NCBI GenBank assembly: GCA_964421045.1
Contig: CAYQVF010000005.1
Span: forward strand, 5,567-69,566
DNA length: 64,000 nt
Origin: an uncultured Chromatiaceae bacterium
Lineage (GTDB): Bacteria; Pseudomonadota; Gammaproteobacteria; JAADHS01
Direction of reading: 5' to 3'
The notes beneath the pieces are model-generated. The model was not told the origin of the DNA. It saw only the letters and a program-made list of their open reading frames with translations, and did not search any database. The translations under genes were made by a program, and so were the position numbers. Below, in pieces: positions 61,832 through 64,000 of the stretch (its first letter is position 1; the number at the start of each line of letters is the position of its first letter).

Positions 61832-62856
61832 TGAGTACATTGTATGATGTTGCGGTTGTTGGGGCAACGGGTGCGGTAGGGGAGACGATGTTGTCTATCC
61901 TCGCTGAGCGTAAGTTTCCTGTAAACAATATCTATCCATTAGCGAGCAGTCGATCTGCAGGTAAGCGTGTTCAATTCAAAAATAAAAATTTGATTGTAAA
62001 GGATTTGGCCGAGTTTGATTTTTCCCAGACGCAGATCGCATTATTTTCTGCTGGGGGATCCGTTTCCGCTGAATATGCGCCTAAAGCGGCGGCAGCGGGT
62101 TCGGTCGTGATTGATAATACTTCGCATTTTCGTTATGACGATGATGTTCCGTTGATTGTACCCGAGGTCAACCCCCATGCTTTAATGGGATATAAGGCAC
62201 GTAACATTATTGCGAATCCCAATTGTTCCACTATACAAATGGTGGTGGCATTAAAACCAATACATGATATTGCGACCATTGAACGCATCAATGTGTGTAC
62301 TTATCAAGCGGTGTCAGGAACAGGTAAGGAAGCGATCGAAGAATTAGCAGGGCAAACGGCCGCTTTATTGAATGCAAAAGAAATTGAAACCCAAGTTTAC
62401 CCCAAGCAAATTGCATTTAATGCTTTGCCTCAAATCGATGTCTTTATGGAAAATGGTTATACCAGAGAAGAGATGAAAATGGTGTGGGAGACACAAAAAA
62501 TATTTGAAGATAAAAATATCAAGGTCAATCCGACCGCCGTGCGCATCCCCGTATTTTATGGTCATTCAGAAGCATTACATATTGAAACTAAAGAAAAAAT
62601 TACGGCGGAAGCCGCCCGAGCCGCGTTATTAAAAGCGCCAGGGGTGGTGGTTATAGATGAGCGGAAACTAGGGGCTTACCCGACAGCAGTAACTGAGTGT
62701 GCGGGTAAAGATCCGGTGTTTGTTGGTAGAATCAGAAACGATGTTTCACTTTCAAAGGGTTTAGATTTGTGGGTAGTCGCCGATAACGTACGCAAAGGGG
62801 CCGCATTAAATAGCGTCCAAATCGCAGAGTTATTGATTAAAGACGGCTTGGCTTAA
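61831..62856 (+). CDS. asd: Aspartate-semialdehyde dehydrogenase
   Basis: GATGAVG, IANPNCST, YQAVSG, DNVRKGAALN. Confidence 0.97.
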   Translation: MSTLYDVAVVGATGAVGETMLSILAERKFPVNNIYPLASSRSAGKRVQFKNKNLIVKDLAEFDFSQTQIALFSAGGSVSAEYAPKAAAAGSVVIDNTSHFRYDDDVPLIVPEVNPHALMGYKARNIIANPNCSTIQMVVALKPIHDIATIERINVCTYQAVSGTGKEAIEELAGQTAALLNAKEIETQVYPKQIAFNALPQIDVFMENGYTREEMKMVWETQKIFEDKNIKVNPTAVRIPVFYGHSEALHIETKEKITAEAARAALLKAPGVVVIDERKLGAYPTAVTECAGKDPVFVGRIRNDVSLSKGLDLWVVADNVRKGAALNSVQIAELLIKDGLA

Positions 62857-63029
62857 ATGCTCGACACTTTAAATCTTTGCGCTAAAGAACTGGTTCTGTT
62901 ATATTTTTTGTGGTCTGAATAAAAAACAATGCGACAATGCTGCAGTATATTGGATAGAAGACACAGGTATTGGCCTGGGTTGTTCGTTGAAAATGCAGTC
63001 ATGTTGACTCAGGGAGGTGGAAAATAAGC

Positions 63030-64000
63030 GTGCGAGTTCTAAAATCCCTTATAGTAGGAATAGGCTTATTCGTTTTCGGTGTGGCGCAGGTCTATGGCTT
63101 AGGGTTAGGTGATATTGAGCTTAACTCCAACTTGAATCAGCCTCTTAAGGCTAAAATTGAGTTGTTTGTCGTTGACCCTGATGAATTGAAACAGCTTGAA
63201 GTGAAGTTGGCCGATAAAACGGCTTATGAAACTTCCGGTGTTGAGCATGTTCATCTGCTAAATGATCTGATTTTTACAGTGGTCGCAGTCGATGGTGATA
63301 AAGTCGTGATTGAAGTCACGACTGAGGCACCGGTACGTGAACCGTTCTTGGATTTTATTGTTGAGGCGAATTGGGCCGCAGGGCGCTTGCTGAGAGAGTA
63401 TACTCTGCTTCTGGATCCTCCAATCTATGCGCAGGAGCACACGGCTCCCATTGTTGCGGCACAAACAATACAACTGTCTTCAGTAAAATCAGAAACGGCT
63501 TCCGCTGCGGCTTCGGAGCCTGAATCTGCAACAAACTCATCTACAGCAACGCAATCCTCTGACCAATTCACCGGGAATGAATATGGGCCTGTTAAAAATA
63601 ATGAAAATTTGTGGAGTATTGCGGAAAGAATTCGCACGGAGGGTTCCACTACTGAGCAAGCCATGATGGGTTTGTTTAAAGCGAATCCGGACGCTTTTGC
63701 TGATAACAACATCAATAATTTACAAGCAGGCTATGTTTTACGTGTTCCGGATGCATCTGTAATTCAAGAATTAAGCCATTCGAAAGCGGCGAAGCAGGCT
63801 CGGCAGCATTATAATGACTGGTTGACACAACGACGTCTTGCTGCGGTAGCAAGCAATCAATTACCTGGTAATGGTGCCGGTTTGGCAGCGCGAGCTGAAA
63901 CCAGCGATGCCCAGCTTTCTTCAGTGGGTTCAGATGCACAGCTTCGTCTTGTTAGCCCTGAAGAAGGTCAGGACGGATTGTCTGGAACGGGTAGTGGCGG
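63030..64000 (+). CDS. fimV: FimV/HubP polar landmark protein (partial; absent from the ORF track because it has no stop in the window)
   Basis: GLGLGDIELNSNLNQPL, EPFLDF..W..GRLLREYTLLLDPP, LysM-like YGPV..ENLWSIA..NPDAF..NINNL.AG. Confidence 0.92.
   Translation, partial: MRVLKSLIVGIGLFVFGVAQVYGLGLGDIELNSNLNQPLKAKIELFVVDPDELKQLEVKLADKTAYETSGVEHVHLLNDLIFTVVAVDGDKVVIEVTTEAPVREPFLDFIVEANWAAGRLLREYTLLLDPPIYAQEHTAPIVAAQTIQLSSVKSETASAAASEPESATNSSTATQSSDQFTGNEYGPVKNNENLWSIAERIRTEGSTTEQAMMGLFKANPDAFADNNINNLQAGYVLRVPDASVIQELSHSKAAKQARQHYNDWLTQRRLAAVASNQLPGNGAGLAARAETSDAQLSSVGSDAQLRLVSPEEGQDGLSGTGSG

Overview
Chromosomal segment of an AT-leaning gammaproteobacterium. The core backbone is pilMNOP(Q)/mrcA, rhodanese-secB-gpsA, gpmI-ctpA, pepA-holC-valS, prfC, sucAB-lpdA, rsd, a Lon-like protease, relA-udg-uvrC-pgsA-tRNA(Gly,Cys,Leu), folD and leuC-leuD-leuB-asd-fimV. 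Two accessory zones interrupt it: ~12.7-24.4 kb and ~31.8-34.8 kb. Main observations: (1) a tandem pair of near-identical ~82-88 nt candidate small RNAs, each with its own sigma-54 -24/-12 promoter, 5' hairpin, C/U-rich linker and intrinsic terminator; one linker can pair with the RBS of the neighbouring operon; (2) a sigma-54-type pdo-tauE-sqr sulfide-oxidation operon followed by an MddA/nurim-like methyltransferase; (3) an LpdA whose NAD-specifying Glu is replaced by an Ile-Arg-Arg, NADP-like motif; (4) a MITE-interrupted ardA-like pseudogene and a mobile-mystery A/B pair at the prfC 5' end; (5) an orphan pseudo-receiver/membrane-fusion protein; (6) several families of MITE-like elements that share internal modules. 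All calls come from reading the sequence and recognising motifs; no database searches were run.
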